From a virus (Duplodnaviria; Caudoviricetes): a stretch of DNA of 44,636 nt. A program made the translations under genes and the position numbers. Below, piece by piece: positions 6,265 to 14,246 of the stretch. The stretch spans positions 1-44,636 of IMG/VR virus record IMGVR_UViG_3300030095_003343; one strand, written 5' to 3'. Every line of letters begins with the position of its first letter. Positions within the stretch are counted from its first letter, which is position 1. The notes below the pieces were generated by a model. The model was not told the origin of the DNA. It worked only from the letters and a program-made list of their open reading frames with translations, and ran no database searches.

Positions 6265-7575
6265 ATGATCAACCGACTTACCGATGAGCAACTCATTAGA
6301 TACTTCTGCAAAGTAGTATCCGACAATGGCTTTCTGGCACCCGTCGCATTTCGCCTAACTGTAATGACGGCTAGCGAATGGAATGGCAGGCCCGTCAAGA
6401 CAGCAGCAACGAACGGGGAGTACCTGTTAGTTAACCCTTATTGGGCTACGGATCTCACTCCTGCTGAGATCATGGGAGTGATACTCCATGAGATCTGGCA
6501 CGTCGCTGCTGGACATCCTTGGCGGGGGGTTGGGTACCCGCCTGACCAATCTAACATCTGCATGGATCATGAGGTTAACGGCTTCTGCCTCGACTCCGGT
6601 GCAACCCTTCCTAAAGATCGGATCTGGGATCCCAAGTACCGTGATTGGAAATTCGAGCGCATCTATGAGGATCTCTTTGGAACCCCTCCTGAGGAGAACG
6701 ATGATGACTTGATCGTTGAGCCTCCCGAAGGGGATGACAAGGGTGAGCAATGTGAGGAAGGGAAGCAACCTGAACAGGGTGAACAGGGTGACGAGTCAGG
6801 GCAAAGTGAAGACGCGGGTACTGGCGAGTCAGGTGCCGAAGGCCCCGCTTGGGGTGAGGTTTGGGATGCTAGTCACGAAGACGGCACGCCACTTACTGAA
6901 GAGGAGTGCCAGCAGGCACTGGGTGATCTTGCTGAGGAGATCATCCGAGGCGAGACTGATCGCATCCGAGCGGGCGATCAGGATGGGTACGGTGGTAGCG
7001 CGGTGATTGATCGTGTTATGCGTCCGAAGGCGAACTGGGCGAAGCGCATCTCTGCACTGGTCAAGAAGACCGGCAAGGTCATCGGCTCTACCTATCGCAG
7101 GCCAAGCCGGAGGACGATGGCGACCGGAGTCATCTCTCCGCACAAGATCAAGTCGAGCATCGACGAGATCGTGTTCGCAGTGGATGTCTCGTACTCGGTA
7201 GACATGGTTAGGCTGCGAGTCTTCTTCGATCATTTCGAGCGACTGCGTGAGACTATCTTCATCAAGAAGATTCACATCGTCCCGTTCACCACTGTTGCAA
7301 GCAACGATGCAGTGCAGGTAGTGAGGCATGGGCAGAAGCTTCCTCGCAAGTTCCAGATCGGTGGAGGCACTTCCTTCGCTCCGATCTTCAACTGGCAGAG
7401 ACGTTATGCCAAGCGGGCAGAGATGGTGATTGTCTTCACCGATCTCGGCTCCAACGATTACGGGCGCAAGCCGAAGTGCCCAGTGCTTTGGGTGTCCTCT
7501 GATCCAATCAACAATTACAATCGACCTCCGTTTGGTTCGGCAGTCGAGATCGATACAACTAGGAGGGGTTACTGA
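6265..7575 (+). CDS. Metallopeptidase + VWA domain protein (DUF2201-like)
   Basis: TAATNG, HEIWH (HEXXH), acidic G/E linker, MIDAS-like DVSYS, GGGTSF, VFTD; start moved to ATG 6265 after GGAG. Confidence 0.85.
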   Translation: MINRLTDEQLIRYFCKVVSDNGFLAPVAFRLTVMTASEWNGRPVKTAATNGEYLLVNPYWATDLTPAEIMGVILHEIWHVAAGHPWRGVGYPPDQSNICMDHEVNGFCLDSGATLPKDRIWDPKYRDWKFERIYEDLFGTPPEENDDDLIVEPPEGDDKGEQCEEGKQPEQGEQGDESGQSEDAGTGESGAEGPAWGEVWDASHEDGTPLTEEECQQALGDLAEEIIRGETDRIRAGDQDGYGGSAVIDRVMRPKANWAKRISALVKKTGKVIGSTYRRPSRRTMATGVISPHKIKSSIDEIVFAVDVSYSVDMVRLRVFFDHFERLRETIFIKKIHIVPFTTVASNDAVQVVRHGQKLPRKFQIGGGTSFAPIFNWQRRYAKRAEMVIVFTDLGSNDYGRKPKCPVLWVSSDPINNYNRPPFGSAVEIDTTRRGY

Positions 7576-7817
7576 TGAGTGTCAAGTTTCAAAACTCATT
7601 CAATAAAGAGCGTTACGCCGAGTGCAATCTATGCGGCGAAGGCTATTGGGGATATGACATAGAAATATACATGGATGATGTGGTGACGCGGGACGAAAGC
7701 TTTTTATTCTGCCATGAGCATGTCCGAGAGGCTTCGAGGAAGGCTAAAGACACAAGCTTATTGACATCGACTGAGATTGTTAGGCTCGTTAATGCATTAA
7801 GAAGAGAGGATGACTGA
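7575..7817 (+). CDS. Hypothetical protein with CxxC ... CxxH (possible zinc finger)
   Basis: TGATG overlap, AGGAGG RBS, CNLC and CHEH. Confidence 0.65.
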   Translation: MSVKFQNSFNKERYAECNLCGEGYWGYDIEIYMDDVVTRDESFLFCHEHVREASRKAKDTSLLTSTEIVRLVNALRREDD

Positions 7818-8011
7818 TGCCGTTGGCACCGCGCGCTCGTTGGGATAAAAGAGTGGGGGATTGGAATGTGATATGGATCGCAGAAGATGAGGACGGAGTA
7901 ATAAGGAGGTATGCAAGATCCGCTAAGGATCTAAGTGAAATGACTAAGCTCTTGGCAGAAGCATTCGAGTACGGCGCAGAAAGCGTGCAGTTCAAGAAGG
8001 TGTGGGAGTAG
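7817..8011 (+). CDS. Hypothetical protein, 64 aa
   Basis: TGATG overlap with the upstream gene; GAGGA RBS. Confidence 0.6.
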   Translation: MPLAPRARWDKRVGDWNVIWIAEDEDGVIRRYARSAKDLSEMTKLLAEAFEYGAESVQFKKVWE

Positions 8012-8013
8012 CA

Positions 8014-8226
8014 ATGAGATACGGAAAATTTGAATCAATGAAATTAATTCAACGTCACAACACTGATTGCGGTGTTTGGGATTATGAATTCATGGCAATG
8101 GAAGTTCAGTTAGGGAAGGACAACGCAGTGTTAGTTAGCTGGGATTCAGGTGAGACATGGGAGGAGGATCCGTGCGCTGACTTCTATCCATTCGCAGGAA
8201 GGATCACCTATGTCCTACCGGAATAG
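8014..8226 (+). CDS. Hypothetical protein, about 70 aa
   Basis: ATG 8014 after GGAG; packed within the operon. Confidence 0.55.
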   Translation: MRYGKFESMKLIQRHNTDCGVWDYEFMAMEVQLGKDNAVLVSWDSGETWEEDPCADFYPFAGRITYVLPE

Positions 8227-8428
8227 TGGAAACGGAAAAGTTATGTGCGATGCGATCTACCCTGAAGGTAGTTGCAAGGAAGAGGCGAGGGTAGAGATAC
8301 TCTCTCGTGACTTCTACACAACGGGGATGAAGGTTGTTGTTATGTTCTGTTTTGATTGTGCAAATGATGCAATCAGCAGCGGGATGTTTGAACCAGTGAT
8401 TGATAAAGATATCGAGGAGGCAGGGTAA
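8210..8428 (+). CDS. Small Cys-rich hypothetical protein
   Basis: ATG 8210 after AAGGA; four Cys (CD..SC..FCFDC). Confidence 0.55.
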   Translation: MSYRNSGNGKVMCDAIYPEGSCKEEARVEILSRDFYTTGMKVVVMFCFDCANDAISSGMFEPVIDKDIEEAG

Positions 8429-8784
8429 TGGACAAGATCATTCTAGTTTCATTGATGATGTGTGTTGGGTGTGCTTCGACTGGGCCAGCTCAGGTTAACC
8501 CGTGCAAGGAAAGAAGCTTTGATGAGTGGCTTTCCTACTATGACTTAAAGACTAAGGCCAACAGCACATGGCCTGAAAAGTACGGGCCTGCTTTCTTCTG
8601 GCTAGAAGATGTCGCCCATGCTTGTTACCCAGACAGGTTTGATCACGAGGTAGAAGAAGTCGAGGATGAGCCAGCACACAGCACTCGCTGTCGAGACCTG
8701 CCTTCAGCAGACCTTGAGCCTAGCTACATAGCAGAGTGTGACCTTCTCGTTTCCGAACCTTTCGATGAGATCAAGATGGACTAA
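8428..8784 (+). CDS. Putative lipoprotein, 118 aa
   Basis: MDKIILVSLMMCVG-C: basic residue, hydrophobic core, lipobox-like Cys; GAGGAG RBS. Confidence 0.6.
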   Translation: MDKIILVSLMMCVGCASTGPAQVNPCKERSFDEWLSYYDLKTKANSTWPEKYGPAFFWLEDVAHACYPDRFDHEVEEVEDEPAHSTRCRDLPSADLEPSYIAECDLLVSEPFDEIKMD

Positions 8785-8793
8785 GCAGAAACC

Positions 8794-8865
8794 GAAGGGC
8801 TGACGCCCTTCCATGTATGCATGTTAGGTTGTAACATGTGTACATGGATAGGCGTCTTGCTTATC
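8794..8865 (+). repeat. Structured element family B, copy B2
   Basis: GAAGGGC-TGAC-GCCCTTC; long stem TCCATGTATGCATGTTA-GGTTG-TAACATGTGTACATGGA; GATAGGC-GTCTT-GCTTATC. Confidence 0.8.
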
Positions 8866-8889
8866 AAAACTACTTGAGGATATTACAAC

Positions 8890-9591
8890 ATGAAGTTCAT
8901 CGAACTAACGCAAGAACCTTGCTGGAGTAATGACAAGAGTGTCGCATACGAAGCACCTGACTCAGTGGCCTTGACTGAGACGCATAATGGCAAGATGAAA
9001 AACATCAGGATATTCGTGCCAAACTCCATGATCTCAGAGAGGGATGGGGATAGCTACATCTCTTCATGGCTTGTCCAGAAGAAGAGAATTCAACTCAAGA
9101 ACTTGGGCTATCCAGAGCATTCAGTTGACCAATTCTTGGATGGACTTGCCTTCGGAAAATCATTCGAGAAGGACGATGAACGCTTTAAGCTTGTGAAAAT
9201 CTTTGACTTCCTAGACAAGGCCAGCGCGAACCTTGATACACCCAAGATGATATTCGACACCTCGTTCGGGAGACTAAAGATTAACCGAGCGGGATCGAAG
9301 TCTAAGCACGAGGGCAAGATCTTTGTCACCAACGGAGGGGATTGGGGATCTGAAGATCGACTCTACTACGGTGCCATTGATCTGTCTGGATTGTACACGC
9401 CAACTAACATCGTGACCAAAGAGATCAAAGATTTTCTTTTGGAAGTCAATGAGGATCCTGAAGGATTCACAACAAAGTCCGGCAAGACATCCGGCAACTG
9501 CTGCTTTTGCCAGAGGGCACTTACGACTGAGAGAAGCAAGGAAGCAGGATACGGACCCGGATGCTCTGGTAAGTACGGAATGAAATACTAA
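8890..9591 (+). CDS. DUF6011-domain protein, 233 aa
   Basis: C-terminal GNCCFCQRALTTERSKEAGYGPGC matches the DUF6011 pattern C..CGR.LT...S...G.GP.C. Confidence 0.8.
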   Translation: MKFIELTQEPCWSNDKSVAYEAPDSVALTETHNGKMKNIRIFVPNSMISERDGDSYISSWLVQKKRIQLKNLGYPEHSVDQFLDGLAFGKSFEKDDERFKLVKIFDFLDKASANLDTPKMIFDTSFGRLKINRAGSKSKHEGKIFVTNGGDWGSEDRLYYGAIDLSGLYTPTNIVTKEIKDFLLEVNEDPEGFTTKSGKTSGNCCFCQRALTTERSKEAGYGPGCSGKYGMKY

Positions 9592-9602
9592 CACGAAGGA
9601 GA

Positions 9603-9770
9603 ATGAAAATGCGTAGAAAGGGAAGAGTGGTCAGGGTTATCACAGAGGCTACTGCTGGTAGTCACGGGAAAGCCGGGGGGAAGACGATTCAACTAGCCAC
9701 CTACAAGAAAGTTCCCGGTAGAGGTTCGACTAACCCTCGCAACAGGAAGTCGATGAAGTCTAAGCGTTAG
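9603..9770 (+). CDS. Small very basic protein, about 55 aa (not in ORF track)
   Basis: MKMRRKGRVVRVITEATAGSHGKAGGKTIQLATYKKVPGRGSTNPRNRKSMKSKR*; AAGGAG RBS (true start may be ATG 9609). Confidence 0.6.
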   Translation: MKMRRKGRVVRVITEATAGSHGKAGGKTIQLATYKKVPGRGSTNPRNRKSMKSKR

Positions 9771-9778
9771 GCCGACCA

Positions 9779-9855
9779 GCACCCGTAGCTCAGTTGGATA
9801 GAGCGACTGCCTTCTAAGCAGTGGGTCGCAGGTTCGAGTCCTGCCGGGTGCGCCA
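9779..9855 (+). tRNA. tRNA-Arg, anticodon UCU, with encoded CCA
   Basis: Acceptor GCACCCG/CGGGTGC; D arm GCTCAGTTGGATAGAGC; anticodon arm ACTGC-CTTCTAA-GCAGT; T arm GCAGG-TTCGAGT-CCTGC; G discriminator then CCA. Confidence 0.97.
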
Positions 9856-9878
9856 CTAACTTGAATGGAGAAAAAAAT

Positions 9879-10169
9879 ATGAGATTCGATGGTGAAGATT
9901 ACGTCCCGCCGCGAGACAATCCCAGACTGACATCGCAACACCAAAGATTGCGCTCGCTTATGCAGGACGGGGAGTGGAGAACTCTCCGTGAGATCGCCCA
10001 GCAAACGGGAGATCCTGAAGCATCAATGTCAGCGCAGCTCAGGCACCTCAGGAAAGAACGATTCGGAGGGCATCAGGTTGAGCGACGACACGAGGGCGGC
10101 GGGCTATACGAATACAGGGTGATGACACTCAGTAGCCCTACCCTCACGGAAGGAAGGAAGGATAAGTAA
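9879..10169 (+). CDS. Winged helix-turn-helix DNA-binding protein
   Basis: LMQDGEWRTLREIAQQTGDPEASMSAQLRHLRK..FGG...LYEYR; ATG 9879 after GGAG. Confidence 0.8.
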   Translation: MRFDGEDYVPPRDNPRLTSQHQRLRSLMQDGEWRTLREIAQQTGDPEASMSAQLRHLRKERFGGHQVERRHEGGGLYEYRVMTLSSPTLTEGRKDK

Positions 10170-10171
10170 GC

Positions 10172-10438
10172 ATGGGAAAAGTAAAGGACATGGACTCTCG
10201 CGAATATCGAATGGCTCAGATGAGCGACCTAATCTCGGATATATCCTCTGCGATAAATCAGTTAAGCATAACGATGAGAAGACTATCCGACATGCAAGAG
10301 GAGTTCGACGAAAGAACCCGGAGGGAGTCGGAGGTTCAGTCAACGATTGATAATAGTGAGTTCACCAAAGACTTAGGCAGGATGATAGACGATGCTTTTG
10401 TTAGGGAACTAGGCCAGAGGTCACAAGGTAAGATCTAG
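10172..10438 (+). CDS. Hypothetical coiled-coil protein, 88 aa
   Basis: ORF track; heptad-like helical sequence; operonic spacing. Confidence 0.6.
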   Translation: MGKVKDMDSREYRMAQMSDLISDISSAINQLSITMRRLSDMQEEFDERTRRESEVQSTIDNSEFTKDLGRMIDDAFVRELGQRSQGKI

Positions 10439-10509
10439 TTAAGTGTTAGTCGCTGTGCTACATTGGCAACTAATTCAAACAAAACCTACAAAGGTAAGGA
10501 GTTAAATCA

Positions 10510-10689
10510 TTGGACGCTGCTCAAAGACAATTGGTAATATCACTACCAAAGAATCGCGGAGAAGAGATGAAGACCGCACTCAAGCAGGTAGCCCAGAAGG
10601 ATCACCGGACGGTAAGTAATCTGACGTTCAGAATTCTCCAGAGCTGGCTAGAAGAGAACGGTCACATACCGGAAGAGCGTCAAGACTGA
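10510..10689 (+). CDS. Ribbon-helix-helix (Arc/CopG-like) regulator, 59 aa (not in ORF track)
   Basis: TTG start after TAAGGAG; QLVISLP (strand), EEMKTALKQVAQKD (helix), HRTVSNLTFRILQSWLEENG (helix). Confidence 0.75.
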   Translation: MDAAQRQLVISLPKNRGEEMKTALKQVAQKDHRTVSNLTFRILQSWLEENGHIPEERQD

Positions 10690-10704
10690 GGGGGGGTGGG
10701 TAGC

Positions 10705-10938
10705 ATGAGGGATGAAACTCTAAATGACTTATTGAGGATGATACCCGACTTGCGTTTCAAGTCTGTCATCGCACTGTCATCGGGCGAAAGCCTCTATGCT
10801 ATCGAGCAGGCCCTTGAGTCTGAACTAATACAATTTGTTCAGATGAATGGGGAGAGTGAATCCCTACAGTATGTGGTTGATTACATCATTTTAGATATAT
10901 CAGATAAGCATGGCGGGGATATCTGCTTGCCGAATTAA
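10705..10938 (+). CDS. Hypothetical protein
   Basis: ORF track, start moved to ATG 10705. Confidence 0.5.
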   Translation: MRDETLNDLLRMIPDLRFKSVIALSSGESLYAIEQALESELIQFVQMNGESESLQYVVDYIILDISDKHGGDICLPN

Positions 10939-11248
10939 GAGGGAGAGTAATTTGTTTTCGGTAATGAACACGGAAAAAGAAATCGTGATGCAACTAGATT
11001 CTATCCGACCGAGCGAATCAGATGGCGAGGAGGAGTGCCAACAGCCAGAGTCAATACTGGTATGCTCAGATGGTAGTGTCATCGTTGGATTAGGATCGAC
11101 TTTGATTGATGTTATTTACTGGTATCCATGCTTTGAGATGATCCCATACTTTTTGGAATCACAATTTGACATAGACCAATATGTGGCCTGCGAACCAACA
11201 GTGAAGGAGTTATCGACTCATCACTTATTAGTCGGACCACTTCAGTAA
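10910..11248 (+). CDS. Hypothetical acidic protein (start uncertain)
   Basis: ORF track; ends immediately before the terminator. Confidence 0.5.
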   Translation: MAGISACRIKRESNLFSVMNTEKEIVMQLDSIRPSESDGEEECQQPESILVCSDGSVIVGLGSTLIDVIYWYPCFEMIPYFLESQFDIDQYVACEPTVKELSTHHLLVGPLQ

Positions 11249-11249
11249 G

Positions 11250-11288
11250 AAAAGGCCCCACCAGTTAATTCTGGTGGGGCCTTTTTTT
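11250..11288. terminator. Bidirectional rho-independent terminator
   Basis: AAAAGGCCCCACCAG-TTAATT-CTGGTGGGGCCTTTTTTT between convergent genes. Confidence 0.9.
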
Positions 11289-11289
11289 G

Positions 11290-11814
11290 TTAGAACTGAG
11301 AAGCAATAACCCTTCTTGGGTCTCGGTAACGATCAGTCCTGTAGTGCCTAGACAAAGTCTTTAACGATGGAGCCAAGAGCTTCGACGCAACTTGAGCAAA
11401 CTCCTTCCGTTCAGATTTCTTGCGAGGGAACTGATGGGCAGAGTCGATGAACTTCATCAGTATGTTCGCCCTTCTCTCACCGCAACCATTGACCACGGAC
11501 CTATAGGCATTCGAGAATGCCATCCGCCTCTCAGCCATATGGTTGGCTGACTTCTTAGCTGGCTGATGGACGCCATCAGAGTCTAGAGAAGGACTTGATA
11601 TGTACATGCCAGACTTAGAGACATCCTCCATGAATAACACGGAAGCCTCATGCAGAGGCTGCTCTATCAAAAACTCAACAAACATAACATCAAAGATTGT
11701 CTGGTCGGAAACCTTAACCCTCTTGATGTACCCCTTTATATCGACAGACTCCTCAGTCAATAAGAACTTATCGCGCTGTTCGTCGTTGACTAGTATCTCA
11801 GATATCAAAGTCAT
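11290..11814 (-). CDS. Hypothetical protein, about 174 aa
   Basis: 3' part of ORF 11290-11991; likely ATG at 11814 overlapping the helicase stop region. Confidence 0.65.
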   Translation of the reverse strand: MTLISEILVNDEQRDKFLLTEESVDIKGYIKRVKVSDQTIFDVMFVEFLIEQPLHEASVLFMEDVSKSGMYISSPSLDSDGVHQPAKKSANHMAERRMAFSNAYRSVVNGCGERRANILMKFIDSAHQFPRKKSERKEFAQVASKLLAPSLKTLSRHYRTDRYRDPRRVIASQF

Positions 11815-13579
11815 CGAAGTTTTCTTGCGGCGCTTTCGAGAACTCCTTGGCATGCACACCCCCACTGTAGTCAACTGAGAAATTACCGTTATGCGGATTG
11901 AAGTGAAGCTCACAGTCCCCAACGGAACCAATCCAAGGGAATCGAGCCTTCCAGCACCTGAGCTTGGAACTACCTTCATCCATTCGATCAACCGTTAACC
12001 CTGCATCAGCAATGTTGAAGAACGCCGACGAACCTGCGACATCGTAACCACTGGGAGATGGTGTACTCCCATCCGGTGCCCGATACATCTTGGTTGGGTG
12101 AGCGCATAATATCACTGCACAGTCATGCTCCTCTGCGAATTGCTTCAAGCCAACAAGAAGTTTGTTGATCTGCAACACACCCTCTACGCCATCCTCTGCC
12201 GTAGTGAGGAAGTTGTACGGATCAATCTGGACAATGCGAGCCCCTGTCCTCATGATAGAGATTGCAGCCCTCTCAAGGACAGAACTAATGGAGGTATCCG
12301 ATGTATCCAGAAAGGTGAAGTTGTTCTGGACCCAGTCGAGGGCAATGTCTAACTCACCCTTCGACATCTTGTACTCACCGTGGAATGGCTTGCCCAAGTA
12401 GACTGCCGCCATCTGTAATACATGTATCTCGGTTGGAGTCTCCGCTGAGAGGATGACTGAGCCCCACCCGGTACGACTAGCAAGATTGACTGATAGCCAT
12501 GTAAGAAATGAACTCTTACCTGAGCCGGGTATGCCAGTCATAATCGTTAGGGTTTGCGGGTTCACACGATAGATCTTGTCCAGATCAGCGATGCCCATCG
12601 AGATACCCCTATCCATACCTCCCTCGAATAGCGAGACAGCAGACTCTCTGAATTCCTTAGCATCCCTAATGCCACTGACAGGCCAAGGCGTAGCTCTGAT
12701 CAACGTACTAGCTAATGCGTCCTTGCCCAGCCTGACGAGAACATCATTAGCATCCTTGCACCCGTCATCATAAGAGACAACCCAGCACTTACCCCTGCCG
12801 ACCCTTCTTACAATCTCCTCGGCAAGGAGAACCCCCGGCTCATCGGAGTCCGTCGCGATGATCACTCTGTCTGCGATCTCAATCTTATCCCTAGCACTCA
12901 GTAAGTACTCGTACTTCCTAGACGAGGTGCCTGTGCTGGGCTTATTGGGAGCGCCGCTAGGAACACTTACGGCGTACACGCCTACCTCTCGATAAGAGAG
13001 CGCGTCCACCTCCCCTTCGCAGATAACCAAGTCACCACCATCGAAGTTCTCGATGCCCCACAGTTCCTTGGCCGCGCCTGTCTGACTAAAGTTCTTCTCC
13101 GTGTCCCGCCACTTAACAGCAGTACTCCCGTCGGAGTGGTTGTACTTGAATCCAATGCATTCAACTTCCTCCCCTCGACCTCTCATCCAAACATTGGAAC
13201 AGACCAAGTCCGCGAGCGAGGCAGTCTCCTCAGAGATCGCTCGCTCTTTAGATAACCACTCAATGTACTCACTGGAGATAGGTAGATACTCAACATCCTC
13301 CCCGTCTTTCTTTGATGCATTGTCTATAGAAATAACATTCGTCTCTTTCAAGCTGTATTCGTATTCCATATCTGCCCCCCTACCAAAGTTAACCCTCCCT
13401 TTCTCGTCGCAATGATGACAGAGGAATAGTGCGTGATCATTCTCGACCCTCACGCTCAACGTCCTCTCCCCCTGCTTTCTCCTGTCTGGACCGCAAGAAG
13501 GACAAGCGGACCTTACGTTACGATTCGTTCCTTGAGGAATGATACTACTGTTAATAAACTCAGCGATTGCGCTGTTCAA
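11798..13579 (-). CDS. Bifunctional DNA primase-helicase (T7 gp4/Twinkle-like)
   Basis: Zn-binding CPSC...CHHC; TOPRIM ICEGEVDALS, DSDEPG, KDAND; SF4 helicase GIPGSGKS, IDPYN, AHPTK, KARF. Confidence 0.93.
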   Translation of the reverse strand: MNSAIAEFINSSIIPQGTNRNVRSACPSCGPDRRKQGERTLSVRVENDHALFLCHHCDEKGRVNFGRGADMEYEYSLKETNVISIDNASKKDGEDVEYLPISSEYIEWLSKERAISEETASLADLVCSNVWMRGRGEEVECIGFKYNHSDGSTAVKWRDTEKNFSQTGAAKELWGIENFDGGDLVICEGEVDALSYREVGVYAVSVPSGAPNKPSTGTSSRKYEYLLSARDKIEIADRVIIATDSDEPGVLLAEEIVRRVGRGKCWVVSYDDGCKDANDVLVRLGKDALASTLIRATPWPVSGIRDAKEFRESAVSLFEGGMDRGISMGIADLDKIYRVNPQTLTIMTGIPGSGKSSFLTWLSVNLASRTGWGSVILSAETPTEIHVLQMAAVYLGKPFHGEYKMSKGELDIALDWVQNNFTFLDTSDTSISSVLERAAISIMRTGARIVQIDPYNFLTTAEDGVEGVLQINKLLVGLKQFAEEHDCAVILCAHPTKMYRAPDGSTPSPSGYDVAGSSAFFNIADAGLTVDRMDEGSSKLRCWKARFPWIGSVGDCELHFNPHNGNFSVDYSGGVHAKEFSKAPQENFDDFDI

Positions 13580-13865
13580 TATTCGCCACCTCCATAGTTA
13601 ACCTCTTCATCATATCTGTACATTGATTCGCGATACTAGACCTCGCTGGGCCTGAAATGTCATCGACCCTCATGAAGACATCTTCAACCCATTCCATTTC
13701 CCAGCCAGCAACTTCACACATCATGTTGAAGTCGTCGCTATGCACCCACACCATTACTTTCTCTTGAACTTCTCCTGATCCATTGCCCAAATCCTTGAGT
13801 GCGAAATGGATGACACGCCGAGCGAGTCTTGAAATTCCGGCAGTGGGCGCACAATTATCTCGCAT
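13560..13865 (-). CDS. Hypothetical protein, 101 aa
   Basis: ORF track; VI..ALKD...W..S.DF..MCEVAG pattern seen in small phage proteins. Confidence 0.6.
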   Translation of the reverse strand: MRDNCAPTAGISRLARRVIHFALKDLGNGSGEVQEKVMVWVHSDDFNMMCEVAGWEMEWVEDVFMRVDDISGPARSSIANQCTDMMKRLTMEVANIEQRNR

Positions 13866-14197
13866 CGAGGGTTTCTCCTATCAAGTCCCCAAAGCGCCAT
13901 CGACGCCTTGACTTGACGATCATTGTTGTATGCACGTCCTTGCAATAGATCTTGAACCAGATCGATACACGCAAGATCCGGCCTGCGGCTCGCGTACCAG
14001 ACATTGACTTGCAGGGAGACATCGCAATCGAATGGCTCTTCCATGCCAGGGCATTGTTCATCAAATCCCTTTGAATAGTCCAAAGCCTTCTTTGACTTGA
14101 TGATCCTTGGACTTCCATGAATCTTAATGATCCTCCTCTGGTTCTTGGCGCTAGCTGGCTCACCCTGAATAACACAACGAAATTCGTTTTCCACCAT
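13754..14197 (-). CDS. rusA: RusA-like Holliday junction resolvase
   Basis: IQGEPASAKN, RRPDL, DLLQG..Y.NDRQV, DRRNPRCEI. Confidence 0.8.
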   Translation of the reverse strand: MVENEFRCVIQGEPASAKNQRRIIKIHGSPRIIKSKKALDYSKGFDEQCPGMEEPFDCDVSLQVNVWYASRRPDLACIDLVQDLLQGRAYNNDRQVKASMALWGLDRRNPRCEIIVRPLPEFQDSLGVSSISHSRIWAMDQEKFKRK

Positions 14198-14246
14198 TGC
14201 AATAACCTTTTAAGTAACTAACATGCTTTTAACTTAACGAAAGGAA

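Noticed and set aside
1-7575. Frequent ATCGA/TCGA in early genes
   Set aside because: Plausibly explained by ATC-GAN (Ile-Asp/Glu) codon pairs; not supportable without a codon-aware test.
7572-7600. Hammerhead-like CTGATGAG core
   Set aside because: It is the TGATG stop/start overlap of two genes, with no flanking stems or properly placed GAAA.
9779-9855. tRNA as a prophage attachment site
   Set aside because: No integrase, no duplicated tRNA 3' end noticed, and phage genes on both sides.
14197-14230. Sigma70-like promoters starting TTGCAATAA at about 14197 and 16202
   Set aside because: The -10 matches and spacing (16 and 18 nt) are imperfect, and two sites are too few to call by eye, although the first lies in a divergent gap.
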